DNA of 64,000 bases from Octopus sinensis. Taxonomy: Eukaryota. The DNA lies in the NCBI RefSeq assembly GCF_006345805.1, contig NC_042999.1, positions 128,526,001 through 128,590,000 on the forward strand, read 5' to 3'. A model generated the notes under the pieces. The model worked only from the letters and a program-made list of their open reading frames with translations. It ran no database searches and was not told the origin of the DNA. Within the stretch, counting starts at the first letter, position 1, and every line of letters starts with the position of its first letter. The translations under genes were made by a program, and so were the position numbers. Below are positions 13,096-24,656 of this stretch, one piece after another.

Positions 13096-14542
13096 TTATG
13101 TAACAAGATAAATATTAAAAACTCATTTTTTAGGAGGTATATTTCTGAGATGTGTCCCACGTTGTTTGTAGAATATAGAATTGTTTTATACGAAATTTAC
13201 TTTGTTGAGAGCTCTGTTTTACGACTTGCGGTGTTACTTTAGCGTTTTATCTATTGTGCAGAATATGTACAATGTGTTTTGTGTCAATTTGTTTGGTAGT
13301 GATTGAGATTCAAACGTTGTGAATGAGTTTGTATCATGTGCCTTAGTGTTGGGTGTTGACTGAGTAGAGTATGGTTGAGAATGTTGCACTATACAAGGTG
13401 GTGATACTGTCGGTAGAGTATGTGTTATGCAAGTTGCGTAGGGCCTGATTAAATTCATGTAATGTCTTGGGCATACATTATATAGAGGCCTTGAATAAAA
13501 GCTATTTTATCAAATTATAAATATGTCTTTATGTATCCGACAATATATTTGAAGGACCAATATATATAGAAGTAGGGGTGAAACCGAAATGAATACAAGG
13601 TTTCCACTATTTACTATATTACCCAAAGCAAAATATTTACTTCTTTGCCGATGTGACTGAGACACCTATAAGGTTAATACTGAAAGACGACGGCTTAGAT
13701 GTAACGAATTATGTGGCAGATTTGAATAAAGATCCTGATTTCGTTTTATAATAAATGAAACCTGAAGACACAAAATCTAAATGGTACAGTATTATACGAA
13801 TTCACTAAGATATTCCAGTTAAATATTCTTTCCTGATATACAAACGCAATATAATGTGAATATGCTTCTATTGTCTAAAGTTGAAAATGTAAAAGGATTA
13901 ATTCAAAATTTTATTCGTGTTGGATTTTACTTAAGAGCATAAGGTTAAATTACTATGCCACAAGGTTAATGGCTTGGAAACTGTTCTCAATAAAATACTT
14001 CCTATCTGTTTAAAGCTTTGGATTGATTTAGTGGAAATTGCTGACATTACAGTGTGTATGATATATTGGTAATAATCTAATTTGTACAACCGACTAAAAA
14101 TAATAATTAAGATCAATTATTCTATAATGATTTAAATGCATCGAAATAGAGAAATAGAATAAGACTTAATTTTTTATGCTAGTTAATACACTAGCAGTTG
14201 TCATTAATTAAGCCTTCTTATTTACTATAGCTATCAAATTCGATTATTGTATTATATCAGATGCTTTATTCTGCGTATTGATTAGAACAATTTAAAACAC
14301 CCAAGTTATTCATAAATGTATAATACTATAATGCAATAGTAATTGAGGAAGTGCCGAATTACTGAACCAGGTAGAGTACAAGCATTTAATTTCAGGTGTG
14401 CTACGTTAAGCTGTTGACTGTTCCATGTAACTATTGAGTTCAAAGTATAGGATGGCGAGATATTGAAATGGCGGATTATGTAGAAAGAGAGAAATTATAA
14501 TTAGCACTTGATATTTTATTTTACAATATCTATAGTTGATAC

Positions 14543-14567
14543 GGGCTTTGTGCCTAGAGTAGAAAAG
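14543..14567 (+). mobile_element. 25-bp SINE-tail-only insertion with 18-bp TSD
   Basis: GGGCTTTGTGCCTAGAGTAGAAAAG flanked by AATATCTATAGTTGATAC at 14525-14542 and 14568-14585. Confidence 0.75.
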
Positions 14568-14589
14568 AATATCTATAGTTGATACTCTG

Positions 14590-14720
14590 CTGAGTTCGAG
14601 TTTGCTTTTATCCCTTCGGAGGTCCATAAAATAAGTACCAGTCGAGTACTGGGGTTTATATAATCGACTTATCCCCTCTTTCGAAATTACTGGCCTTGTG
14701 CCAAGATTTGAAATCAATAT
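14590..14720 (+). mobile_element. SINE family 1, 5'-truncated
   Basis: CTGAGTTCGAG...GGAGGTCCATAAAATAAGTACCAG...TAATCGACTTATCCCC...CCTTGTGCCAAGATTTGAAA. Confidence 0.7.
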
Positions 14721-15184
14721 TTACAATTGATAAATACATGATATGTATAAATCAAGAAATAATTCTCAAAGAGAATATAATTGTTAGAAGAAACAGGAGT
14801 AATTTAAGTTGAAGCAAGAAAATTGTCTTATCAACCGTGAGACTGAAAACACACGTAGCTTCTAGCTGTAAAAAGTCAAATGTCCCCCAAAGAGCTGAAA
14901 TTCAGGTTCTGCATATATGCTTTCCCCAGAAAATTTTTGAATGGTCTGACGGCAAAATTAGACACGAATAATAAACTTTTCCTTTAGGCTAACACAGCAA
15001 CCAGAAATCAGAGATATTTTGCTAAATATTACTTTCTACTCTAAGCACAAGGCCCGATATTTTGGGGGAGGGGCCAGACGATTAGATCGTTCCCCAGCAC
15101 GCAACTGGTACTTAATTTGTTGACCCCGAAAGGATAAAAGTAAAAGTCGAATTTGAATTCAGGACGTAAAGACAGACGAAATAT

Positions 15185-15356
15185 CTATTTCTTTACTACC
15201 CACAAGGGGCTAAACATAGAGGGGACAAACAAGGATAGACAAACGGATTAAGTCGATTAGATCGATCCCAGTGCGTAACTGATACTTAATTTATCGACCC
15301 CGAAAGGATGAAAAGCAAAGTCGACCTCGGTGGAATTTGAACTCAGAACGTAACGG
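15185..15356 (-). mobile_element. SINE family 1 variant B (Tx1-like tail) nested in the host SINE
   Basis: B box and core plus tail TATGTTTAGCCCCTTGTGGGTAGTAAAGAAATAG; flanked by CAGACGAAATA(T/C) at 15173-15184 and 15357-15368. Confidence 0.9.
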
Positions 15357-15620
15357 CAGACGAAATACGAATTTCTTTATTGCCCACCGGGGGCCAAACA
15401 TAGATATGGACAGTACAACTGATGGGATCAGTGAATCGATATGATTTTACATAAATGTGACATCAAAAATAAAATACAATACATAAAAATCGAATGGAAT
15501 ACACAGTACAAAAACAATACAAATGAAGCGATGATCAAGTTACGCTCCGATCCCACAAGCCCCGATCTACCGCTGATACCTTTTTATTTTTCCTATTTTT
15601 TTTTTTTTTTCCTCGTCTAT

Positions 15621-18600
15621 TCACACGGTTCCTTGCACGCACAACACTCGTGCAACATACTTCCATCTCTTTTGGAACGTACACTCTGACAGACACCTCT
15701 TCTCCAGCCACAGTTTCCTTTTCAAATGAAAAGAAAAAAAGGATCGTAAATTGTCACCAGAGATAAAGTTGCCTGTCTTAATTCCTTTTATCCTAGTCTT
15801 CCATACAGCCTCTTTTGCTATTGCTACAACCGTGAGAAAACAATTCTTACCTTCGTTCGCTAGAACTCCCGGTGGGTCAATTTTTATAATTGACTCAGTC
15901 GACAGCCGTACTCTTCCTTCGCCGGACAACAGATGTTCAGCATAAGCCCACATTTCAGTTATCTCCGGACACTGAACAATAGCGTGAGGGACGGTTTCCC
16001 TGTCCCCCCCCCCCGCATCTTGGACAGGTCGGCGACTGACGTTTACCATGTCTTGCGAGCTTATCCCAAACGGGCAAGGCACCTCTGTAGCATTGCCAGG
16101 TTAAGGACTTTTGGAAGTTGTCCAACGTTCTCAACTCGAATGTACGATGAAACAAGCTGTCCAGTTGAATAAATCCGAGACCTAGAGTCGACCCCAGGTC
16201 ATCGTCACATTCAGACTCTACCAACCCACTATATAAAATCCGTGTGGAACCCCCACCGCTGGCGTTGCCCGAGCGCCGGAACAGCAAGAGGGCCTTACGG
16301 CACTCTTTATGCCACTCACTCGACCTCGGTCTACGAGAACACCAGGCTTCCTGTTCGCAAAAACTCTTGAACTCAGGGAACATTTGTCTGGCCAGCGGAG
16401 ACCACACCCGTTCACTATCCAGGAGAATCCAGAGGTGCCTCAACCTCAACGCATGTCTGCGCATCATTAACCAAGGCATCCCTAAACCTCCATTTAAAGG
16501 CTTTTGACAGCAGACAGAGCGTTTCACAAGTGGCGACCTGCCCTTCCACAAAAAGCGAAAGAGCTGTCTCTCCAACCTGATCAACCACGAATCCGGACAG
16601 GGCACGACGGTCAGGCGGTAGGTAATGACCGATGCGATAAACACATTGGCCACTTCCACCCTCCTTTTCAGGGATAGCCACCGCCAAGACCAGGTCTTGA
16701 CTACTGCAGCCACCCTGCTCAATACCTCCGTCCAGTTCTTCTCTATCTGGAGGCCTGGTCCAAACCAGACTCCCAGCAACTTAACCGGTCCCTCCGTCCA
16801 GCACCTAACAACACTGTCTGAAGGCATCGACTTGCCAACCCAGGTGCCGAGCTGCAAGCCGACCGACTTTTCCCGGTTAATCTTTGCTCCTGCTACCTTC
16901 TCGTAAGCCTCAATAGTCTTACCTACTTCACGTAGGCGTGCCACTGTGGTTACACTGGTAGTGATATCATCCGCGAAAGCCGTAACAAACTCCTCTAGTC
17001 CTGGTTCTCTCGGGATGCCACTCAACCTTTGCAGTAATGGCTCGAGAGCCATCACATACAAAAGTGGTGAAAGCGGACATCCTTGACGAACCGAGCGTCT
17101 GATGCAGAACGGCTTCGAAAGGAAACCGTTCACCCGAACTATCGAGTCAATGTTGTGGTACAAAGCGATAAACCACCTGAGGAAGCCAAGGCCCAGGCCA
17201 AACCGCGCAAGTACAGTCGCTAGGTATCGATGGTCAACCCTATCAAAAGCTTTAGACTGGTCCAAATGCACCAATGCCCCACCTTTGCCAGATTTATTAC
17301 CAAACTCTCTCTATGGTATAGCGAATAAGATGGAGGGTATCCTGAATGGTTCTGCCTGGGATGGCACATGTCTGTGCCTCCCCGACTATACCATTCGCGA
17401 CACGCGCCAACCTTTTTGCTAGAACCTTGGCCAAAATCTTCACTTCTGCGTTTAACAGAGTGATGGGCCTGAAATTCTCTAGAACGTCCCCCTTGTCCGG
17501 GTCCTTTCTGACCAACGTCACTACTCCCCGGCGCACAGATCTGGGGATAAACCCATTCTGTTTCCAGTTCGCGTACACGTCAGTCAGTAGTTGCCCGAAC
17601 AAGTCTGGCATACATTTATACAGCTCGTACGGAAGACCATCAAGTCCCGGTGACTTACCCGCTTTACAATCGGCCAAAGCCTCCATCACCTCCTCAGGTG
17701 TGATTGGCCCTTCGCAAGACTCCGCATCCGACCCCGAGAGGCACGGAAGCCCGGTAAGAAAGTCCTCGAGGGCTCTCCCACCACCAGGACCGCCGTCACC
17801 CCCGAACAGCTGGGCGAAGTACTCCCGAAAGACCTCACACATTTTCTCGGGTTCGTTTATCAAGACACCATTTTGATTCGTCAAAGACCGAATAGAAGAA
17901 CTATTTCCTTGCCGAGCTTCCACCACTCGAGCCCATCCAGCGGCTTTGATTCCTTCACTTCCCATTGCACGTAACTTAGCTCTGGTAATACTTCCCATGT
18001 GGTGGGCTTCAAGATGCTGGTTTAACTCCAGTCTTTTCACCCTCGCTTGGTCTGTATTACCAGTCCTCCAGGCTTCTTCTAGTTCCTTAACTAGACCATC
18101 TCCTATTTTACGTCCCTTCTTAGCTAAACTTATGCTAAACCTAATAGACTCATATTTGATGACTCTTTTTAGGGAGTACCACCATTTGTTATTAATGATG
18201 GTACCTGTTAATGCCCTCTGTATTAACATCTTGATCCGCTTTCTGTACTCCTCAATCGCCAAAAGGGACGTATTGAGTTTCCAGTAGCCAGATCCCTGTC
18301 TATGCAACTTATCTACCGTCAGTTTACAGGTAACCATCTTGTGGTCACTGTAGCTGACTAGAAAAAACTGTGGACACTCAACTATGGACTTATCTTTTTC
18401 TCTAATTAAAATCCTATCTAGATATGTTCTGGTAGACCCGTCACTATTTGACCACGTCCACTGTGGAGTGTTCGGGTGCTCCAACCTATATGGATCTGCT
18501 AGCTGAAATTGACTTAGCAGATCCCGAAAGCCTGGGTTACATTTTCTGTTCATGTTCGAGTTTGAGCCAACACAATCTGTGTGTGCTGCACATATTGTAT

Positions 18601-19029
18601 TAGAGTCTCCTAACTACTACTAGTGAATGCGACGTGGCTAGGAACTTTCCTAGGCCACGAAAATATTCAGTTTGCGGGCCAATAATGTTTGTGCGTAAAT
18701 AGCGACCAGCCTGATTGTCTTGCCACAACTGAATGTCAAGTCGAGAACGACCAGCCTGCCTTCTGGGTCAGAAAAAAACAACTTTTTCTCGGCTACCCGG
18801 TTTCTTTTTAGTAGGACCAACACCCCACCCCACCTCCCGCCCGACTCGGAGAAACGTATTTCTCGTAGCCGTTCAGGAGGGGGAGCAGATCTCTTGGCCC
18901 CTTCACCCGGGTTTCCGTTGCAACAATTACATCCAAATTTCTCGACCTGATGTCATTCAGAAAGCGTCCTTGCTTCCAGCTTGACAACAGGCCATGAACA
19001 TTTAAACAACCAATGTGAATAGCCATCAC
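15621..19029 (-). pseudogene. Tx1 ORF2 (APE endonuclease, reverse transcriptase, C-terminal CxxC..H..C), frameshifted
   Basis: IGCLNVHGL...DVIVATET (APE); SDHKMV; GYWKLN; KSPGLDGLP; NFRPITLLNAEVKILAK; LDQSKAFDRVDH; VRQGCPLSPLLY; AFADD; GGLGMP; CPRC...ETVPHAIVQC; about 4 frameshifts. Confidence 0.93.
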
Positions 19030-19037
19030 TTACCTGC

Positions 19038-20594
19038 TTAATTAGGATTGTCCGGTGGAGGGGGACCCTCCACCTTTTTTTGATCCAGGGTCGGAGGTGG
19101 ACGGTCTTGGGAAATAGATCTGTCAAAATCCCGTCTCACCACCGACACAGAATTATCAGGTGGAGGGGGAATCTCCACCTTTTCCTTTTCTCGCGGGATC
19201 GGGGCTGGTAATCCATGAAATATCGACTTGTTAAAATCTAATCTCAATGAAGATACAGTCTTTCTGTACTTATTTTGTAGAATTCTATAAGTCTTATTTG
19301 AGACTTCATATATGTCGTAATTGATAAATTCCTCTGAAAGGTTATCAATTTTTTTTACACAGTCTTTATGAGTTGAATGTCTCTCATGAGCTCAGTATCT
19401 TTAGTGTATACGGCTATTATGCCTTTTTCTTCTTTTTCTCTTCTGGCAGTCTTTTTTGGTCGTTGTTCTGTAGTAGTCGCCGCTCTCGGCTGGGTTGCTG
19501 GTTGTATTTTTCTTTTGTTTGTTGTTTTTTTCTCATCTGTTTCTTCTTTATCTTTCCTCTTTGTCTTTTTTCTCCTCTTCCTCCTCTTCTTCATTTTCCT
19601 TGCAGTTCCTTCGAATGTGGCCTAATTGACCACATAAAAAACATCGAGGTTTTCGGCCCTCAACAAACACCACGAGGTTCTCCTCCCCTACCTCAATTGT
19701 CTCAGGAATTGTTTTGAATTATTTTAGGGTCCGCTTGAATGAGAAGATTAATTGTTTGACCATCCCAGCGTGGGTTTTCCGTAGCGGTAGCCAGGAGGAG
19801 AGTAATTTTTTCTACCTCTTTGATTAGGACTGCCGCCAACAACCACATAGGTTCGACCTCTGGCGGGACCCTTGTAATTTTTATTCGCGACGTCCTCATC
19901 CCCATATAATAGGGGGTTAACTCCACGTCGTTCGTTTTCAATGTTTCAACTGAGTTCTTGTGTGCTATTTCTTTATTGGTGAACCTTACTTCCGCCGTTC
20001 CGAATTTTTTTCCTCTTCTCAGAAATACTACGTCGCCCAATATTGGCTTTAAGCACTTTTCTATTTTCTCTTCTGACATTCTTTCAATTTTTCTTTTTTG
20101 TAGACAATATGTTTTGAAAATTATTGTTTTTTGCTTTTCTTCCTGTAATAACTTTTGCGGAGGTTCAATTTTCACACGTTGTCAGTTATTTCCATCATTT
20201 TGCTGTATTTCATAATTTCGCTTTTATTCGTCGACAGTATCTGGGTTCCACCCCCAGCAGCCAACGCAAAACTTTTTTTTCCATTTTTTGGTTCTATCTG
20301 GATGCTAGGCACATCAATTATTCTCTTCGATACAATGCCTTTGTTCTCTGGCAGAGTCGGAAACTCTTCTGGTGAAAGTTCTGACGAGCTCTCAGACACA
20401 TCTCCAAAAATATCAAATATATTATCCTCTCTGCTATTCCTTCTTGTAGCGGGGGAAACCCCTATTTCCTTGTCTGTAGTTGGCTCCTCGCCGGACATGT
20501 ATTTCCTCCTCTCAACAAGAGAAACAAGTATTTCTGCTCCAACGGTAGGCTCCATGCTAGACGACATTCTTCCCCCCAAAGGGGGAATGAACAA
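19038..20594 (-). pseudogene. Tx1 ORF1 (gag-like, CX2CX4HX4C knuckle), frameshifted
   Basis: ORF pieces 20172-20594, 19702-20175, 19355-19594, 19038-19247; CFLCGQLGHIRRNC encoded at 19602-19643; ends 8 nt before ORF2 ATG. Confidence 0.8.
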
Positions 20595-21769
20595 CGCGTG
20601 CTACCACAAGCACTAAGTGTTTTCAATTGAAAACTCCAACAGTTAAGTTATTCAACAGTTTAACAAGAAACAACAGTTGTTAACAATATTAACACCACGA
20701 AACAGCAATTCTTACTTCACGAACACACGTGCGACAGACGAAATACGGCTACGCATTTCGCCCGGCGTGCTAACGTTTCTGCCAGCTCACCGCCTTGGTA
20801 TTTTGCTAAATATTACCATATACAGTATTGTTGTTTATCTACAACAAACATATTAAGTTTATATTGCCAAATATTGTAATAGCTATTTTAGTTTTAGGAC
20901 TTAAACATTCCGGTTCGAATCTCAAGAAAAGCTAACTGTCACAAAGGTTTGGATCACATCAATGTTGATTACTATGTATTAGTCCCTTTCACTGCGAAAT
21001 TAAGTTCCATGGTTATTCCAGTAATGATGTTAAATATTTACATAAAATAAAATAAAATAGATTTGGCATTTTCTACAAGTCATGAGACCTCAATAAACTT
21101 GGCATGCTTCAACAGAAAATAGATTCAGACATGACATTCCTTAACAAAAGATGGATTGCTATATAAAACCACTTTCCGTAGTTAAGGATAATGAAACTTT
21201 GAGTGGATATATCTTCTTTTCGCAGCAAAAGGGTCAAAGTAATAAGCGATTTAATCTTGATCTGTTGGAAATGAGGGAGCAGTAGAAAATGCTGCTCTTG
21301 CAACTAGATTAGTGAGGTAGTGGAGTTATTCTTGATGTCATTTAGCTCCAGGTTAGCTCCACCTGGGTAGATCTAAGAAGACCTAAATAGACCTAAGCAG
21401 ACCTAAGGTGTTCAACCACGATCATCATGTTTTCTCAAGCATATGATCACCTAGGACTACATTGATTAGTGGTTTCTTTCTTTTTTATGACACGGGTGCA
21501 TGGTTGCTGGAGATTCGATATTTCTTGCTATCCAAGTGATCACGTATTGGCTCCCACAAATGAATTGTGTTATGTATATATATACATATATATATACATA
21601 TATATATATATGTATATATATACATATATATATACATATATATATATATTGGTTGTATACATATCTCTATGAGATATTTAGAAATTTTATATTTTTGATA
21701 TATATATATTGTATGCATGTATGTATATATCATCATCGGGCTGTATCCACAAACCAATGCGGTCGGTTG

Positions 21770-21910
21770 GGAGAACCGTTAGAATGTTCGACGTAAGATT
21801 TGTGGTGTTTCGCTTCCTCGAGTTTTGAGTTCAAATCCCGCCGAAGTCAACATTATCTTTCCTACTTCCGAGCTCGATAAAAGAAAGAATAAATCAAGTA
21901 CTGATATCGA
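21770..21910 (+). mobile_element. Old, diverged SINE family-1-like copy
   Basis: GAGAACCGTTAG...GAGTTCAAATCCCGCCGAAGTCAAC...CTCGATAAAA. Confidence 0.5.
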
Positions 21911-22237
21911 TTGCGACTTTGCTACTTTCACTCTCTTTGAATCAGCTCCAGTGCATTGCGAGAAAGGGTAGTAGCTCTTTCTACCAGGACGGTCAACCCC
22001 ACCCTATCGTTGAGAAAGAATGCTATCGTTGATGCTCTAGTTTAGTTTGAACCACGATAATGATTTGCAGATGTTTCTACTTACAAAATAACTTATGTGA
22101 AGAGAATTCAAGGTACAACAAAGTAAATCAATAGTGTATTTTAAATGAATACACTTCACGGTTTGTTACACGGAATTTCATCTGGATCAAATAAAGGCAG
22201 ACACACACAAACGCGCGCACGCGCACGCACACCCACA

Positions 22238-22271
<34 letters not shown>

Positions 22272-23817
22272 TACACACACATACACAGCAGGATGTAATA
22301 TGTATGCATGTATGTATGTAACTTATATAATCAGATTATGCGATAGAACCAGCTCTAAAATATAAGCATTATCAATACCATATACTTAACGTACTTGCGT
22401 TATTGTAACGTCTGAAATTGTGGTTCTTCTTCAGTGAGAATTTCTTTTAGAGATGTATAGTGTTAAAAATAAACATACAGTTCAGAACTAGGCTAAACAA
22501 AATCGCCCCAGAAATGATCACGAGAGCGTTAGATACGTATTTCATTGTATTTGTAGCTTATCAATACTGCATACGCGACTCACTTCCAAAACGAAATCGA
22601 AACTTTTAACCTGAAGTATATACAGATAGTGTAAAAACTATTTGCTCCTTTGCAATGTTGCTGCACAAATAGAATAAGCAACACACGTGCGTTAAATATG
22701 CGGTCGTGGTAATGTTTCCATTATAGAACGTCTTCTATTGCATAATCTAAATTTATTTTAATTGTGCAGCACTATTGCAAATCAGCAAATACTTTTTTAC
22801 TCTATCTGTATACATTTCAGTTTGGAGATTTCAATTTCGTTTCAAAAGAGTCTCTAACATGCAGCATTGATAGGTTGCAAAAAAAGAGCGAAATAGGTAT
22901 CTACTCTTTCTCGAGTTCACTGTGGCGCGATTTTATTTCGCCTAGATCTGAAGTATACAGTGTTTTTTAATCTTTATATAATATCTCAACAAGAAGTTAT
23001 GTAATCCTAACAGTTAATTTAGAGAAACGCGTGTATGCTTTATAAACATAAAATATCATATATTTTTTCTGTATTTTATTAATACTATGTGTGTGCGCGT
23101 GAGCGAAACTATAAAGCTTAAACTATACAAATCTTGCAGCTATTTCAACTATTTTCCCCCTTAGTACATAAAATACGTCTCCTCTTTTCGCTTGTTCTTT
23201 TCTTTTTCTCTTTATAAATCGCTATCAGTAGATTCGCTTTATGGAACTTTGATGCAAACAACGTTCGGTTGTTCTACAAAATTAATTCTTATTTACGTCC
23301 TTTGTAAAGGTTTTGCCTTGTCTAAATTTAAACGTCGATAAGGAAAAAACAAAATGGAAAATGTTTATTTTTGTTGGCATATTGTTAGTCTTCTATTTAA
23401 AACACCCACACTGTGGTCTGAATAAGCATTATTTGATTAGTTCAGATATTTTTCCAATGACGTACTGTTTGCGAAGGTGCTGCAAGATAAAAGATTAGTA
23501 TATATTTGTTTTCATTTGTTAAAAACAAATGAGTCACTTTAGTATACAGAAATACTTCTCCCTTTGCAAAATCTTACTCCTATTGAGGAGCAGCATATAA
23601 TTTCAAATGCTAAGTATTTCGATTCAGGCTCAATACATAGTTATGAAACTTACACCTTTATTTCTCTGCTTTAATTCCTACACAATGGACAACAGCAAAA
23701 ATGGGACACTACATTGAAAAGCTTTAGATCAGTGGTTCTTGACCGGGTCCACATGGCTCTTAGGGGTCCTGCATGTCACTAACCCTAACCCTAACCCTAA
23801 ACCTAAACCTAAACTTA

Positions 23818-23913
23818 CTATAGCCTCGGACCTACCAAAGCCTTGTGAGTGGACTTGGTAGATGGAAATTGAAAGAAGCCCATTGTGTGGTGTGTGTGTG
23901 TGTGTGGTGTGTG

Positions 23914-23961
<48 letters not shown>

Positions 23962-24145
23962 CGCATGTTTGTGTTTGCCCCATCATCGCTTGACAACCGG
24001 TGTTGGTTCGACGAAAGAGACCAATAGAATAAGTACCCGGTTTTAAAGAAAGAATTACTATGGTCGATTTATTCGACTAAAATTCTTCAAGACAGTGCCC
24101 TCGTATTCCCGCAGTCTAATGACTGAAACAAGTAAAAGATAAAGG
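23818..24145 (+). mobile_element. SINE family 2, 5'-truncated, nested in the hAT element
   Basis: CTATAGCCTCGG...GCCTTGTGAGTGGACTTGGTAGATGGAAATTGAAAGAAGCC...GACTGAAACAAGTAAAAGATAAAG. Confidence 0.8.
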
Positions 24146-24170
24146 ATAATATACAAAATATTTTTTTATA

Positions 24171-24451
24171 AGTAATGTTCGTGGCCACTTCAACATGACT
24201 GTCCGTTCGAACGGACTTTACTGCGATTTTTTTAACCCAAAGAGGACATCTCCTCTAGCTGGTTAACGACCCACAGCTGCATCTGAAATACTGCAAGCAG
24301 GGGAGCGAATCCTACCACCTTCTAACGACGGGACAAGCAGACCAACCTGGTTTCGGGCTATTTTTGCCTCTCTTCCAGCTAGAGGAGGTGATGTCCTCTT
24401 CGGGTTAAAAAAATCGCAGAAAAGTCCGTTGAAGTGGCTACAAACATTACT
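24171..24451. mobile_element. Palindromic MITE (~110-bp imperfect arms) nested in the hAT element
   Basis: AGTAATGTTCGTGGCCACTTCAAC...TTTTTTAACCCAAAGAGGACATCTCCTCTAGCTGG versus CCAGCTAGAGGAGGTGATGTCCTCTTCGGGTTAAAAAAA...GTTGAAGTGGCTACAAACATTACT. Confidence 0.8.
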
Positions 24452-24656
24452 TGTTAGTACAACTACTGCGCTGATCTCTTAGAGATTTTAGAACTAGCAT
24501 TTTTTATACAGTTCCTAATAATATTTAATTATTAAAATATAGTAAGATTTTTCAAATATCGAAAGGCTAGGAGGGGTTAGAGTAAAATAGAAAACAAAGG
24601 GATCTATATGCAAAAAAAAATGGTTGAGAACCACTGCTTTAGATTATTGATAATAT

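Larger units (their letters stand above)
15370..20734 (-). mobile_element. Full-length Tx1-like (L1 group) non-LTR retrotransposon, ~5.37 kb
   Basis: ORF1 with CCHC knuckle, ORF2 APE-RT-zinc motif, ~250-nt 3' UTR; TSD CAGACGAAATAC(G) at 15357-15369 and 20735-20747. Confidence 0.93.
15033..20798 (-). mobile_element. Host SINE (family 1, tail A) split by nested insertions: head 20748-20794, body/tail 15033-15184
   Basis: Whole composite flanked by 18-bp TSD TATTTTGCTAAATATTAC (15015-15032, 20799-20816). Confidence 0.9.
23730..24636. mobile_element. Non-autonomous hAT (Charlie/MER5-like) element hosting nested repeats
   Basis: TIRs CAGTGGTTCT...AGAACCACTG; 8-bp TSD CTTTAGAT at 23722-23729 and 24637-24644. 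Confidence 0.85.

Noticed and set aside
13210-13470. Possible Penelope RT motif-A remnant on the minus strand (SITT..FST.LY)
   Set aside because: Too degenerate to support without a profile search.
21313-21334. TGAGGTAGT let-7-like seed
   Set aside because: Only 9 nt match, with no rest of the mature sequence and no precursor hairpin.
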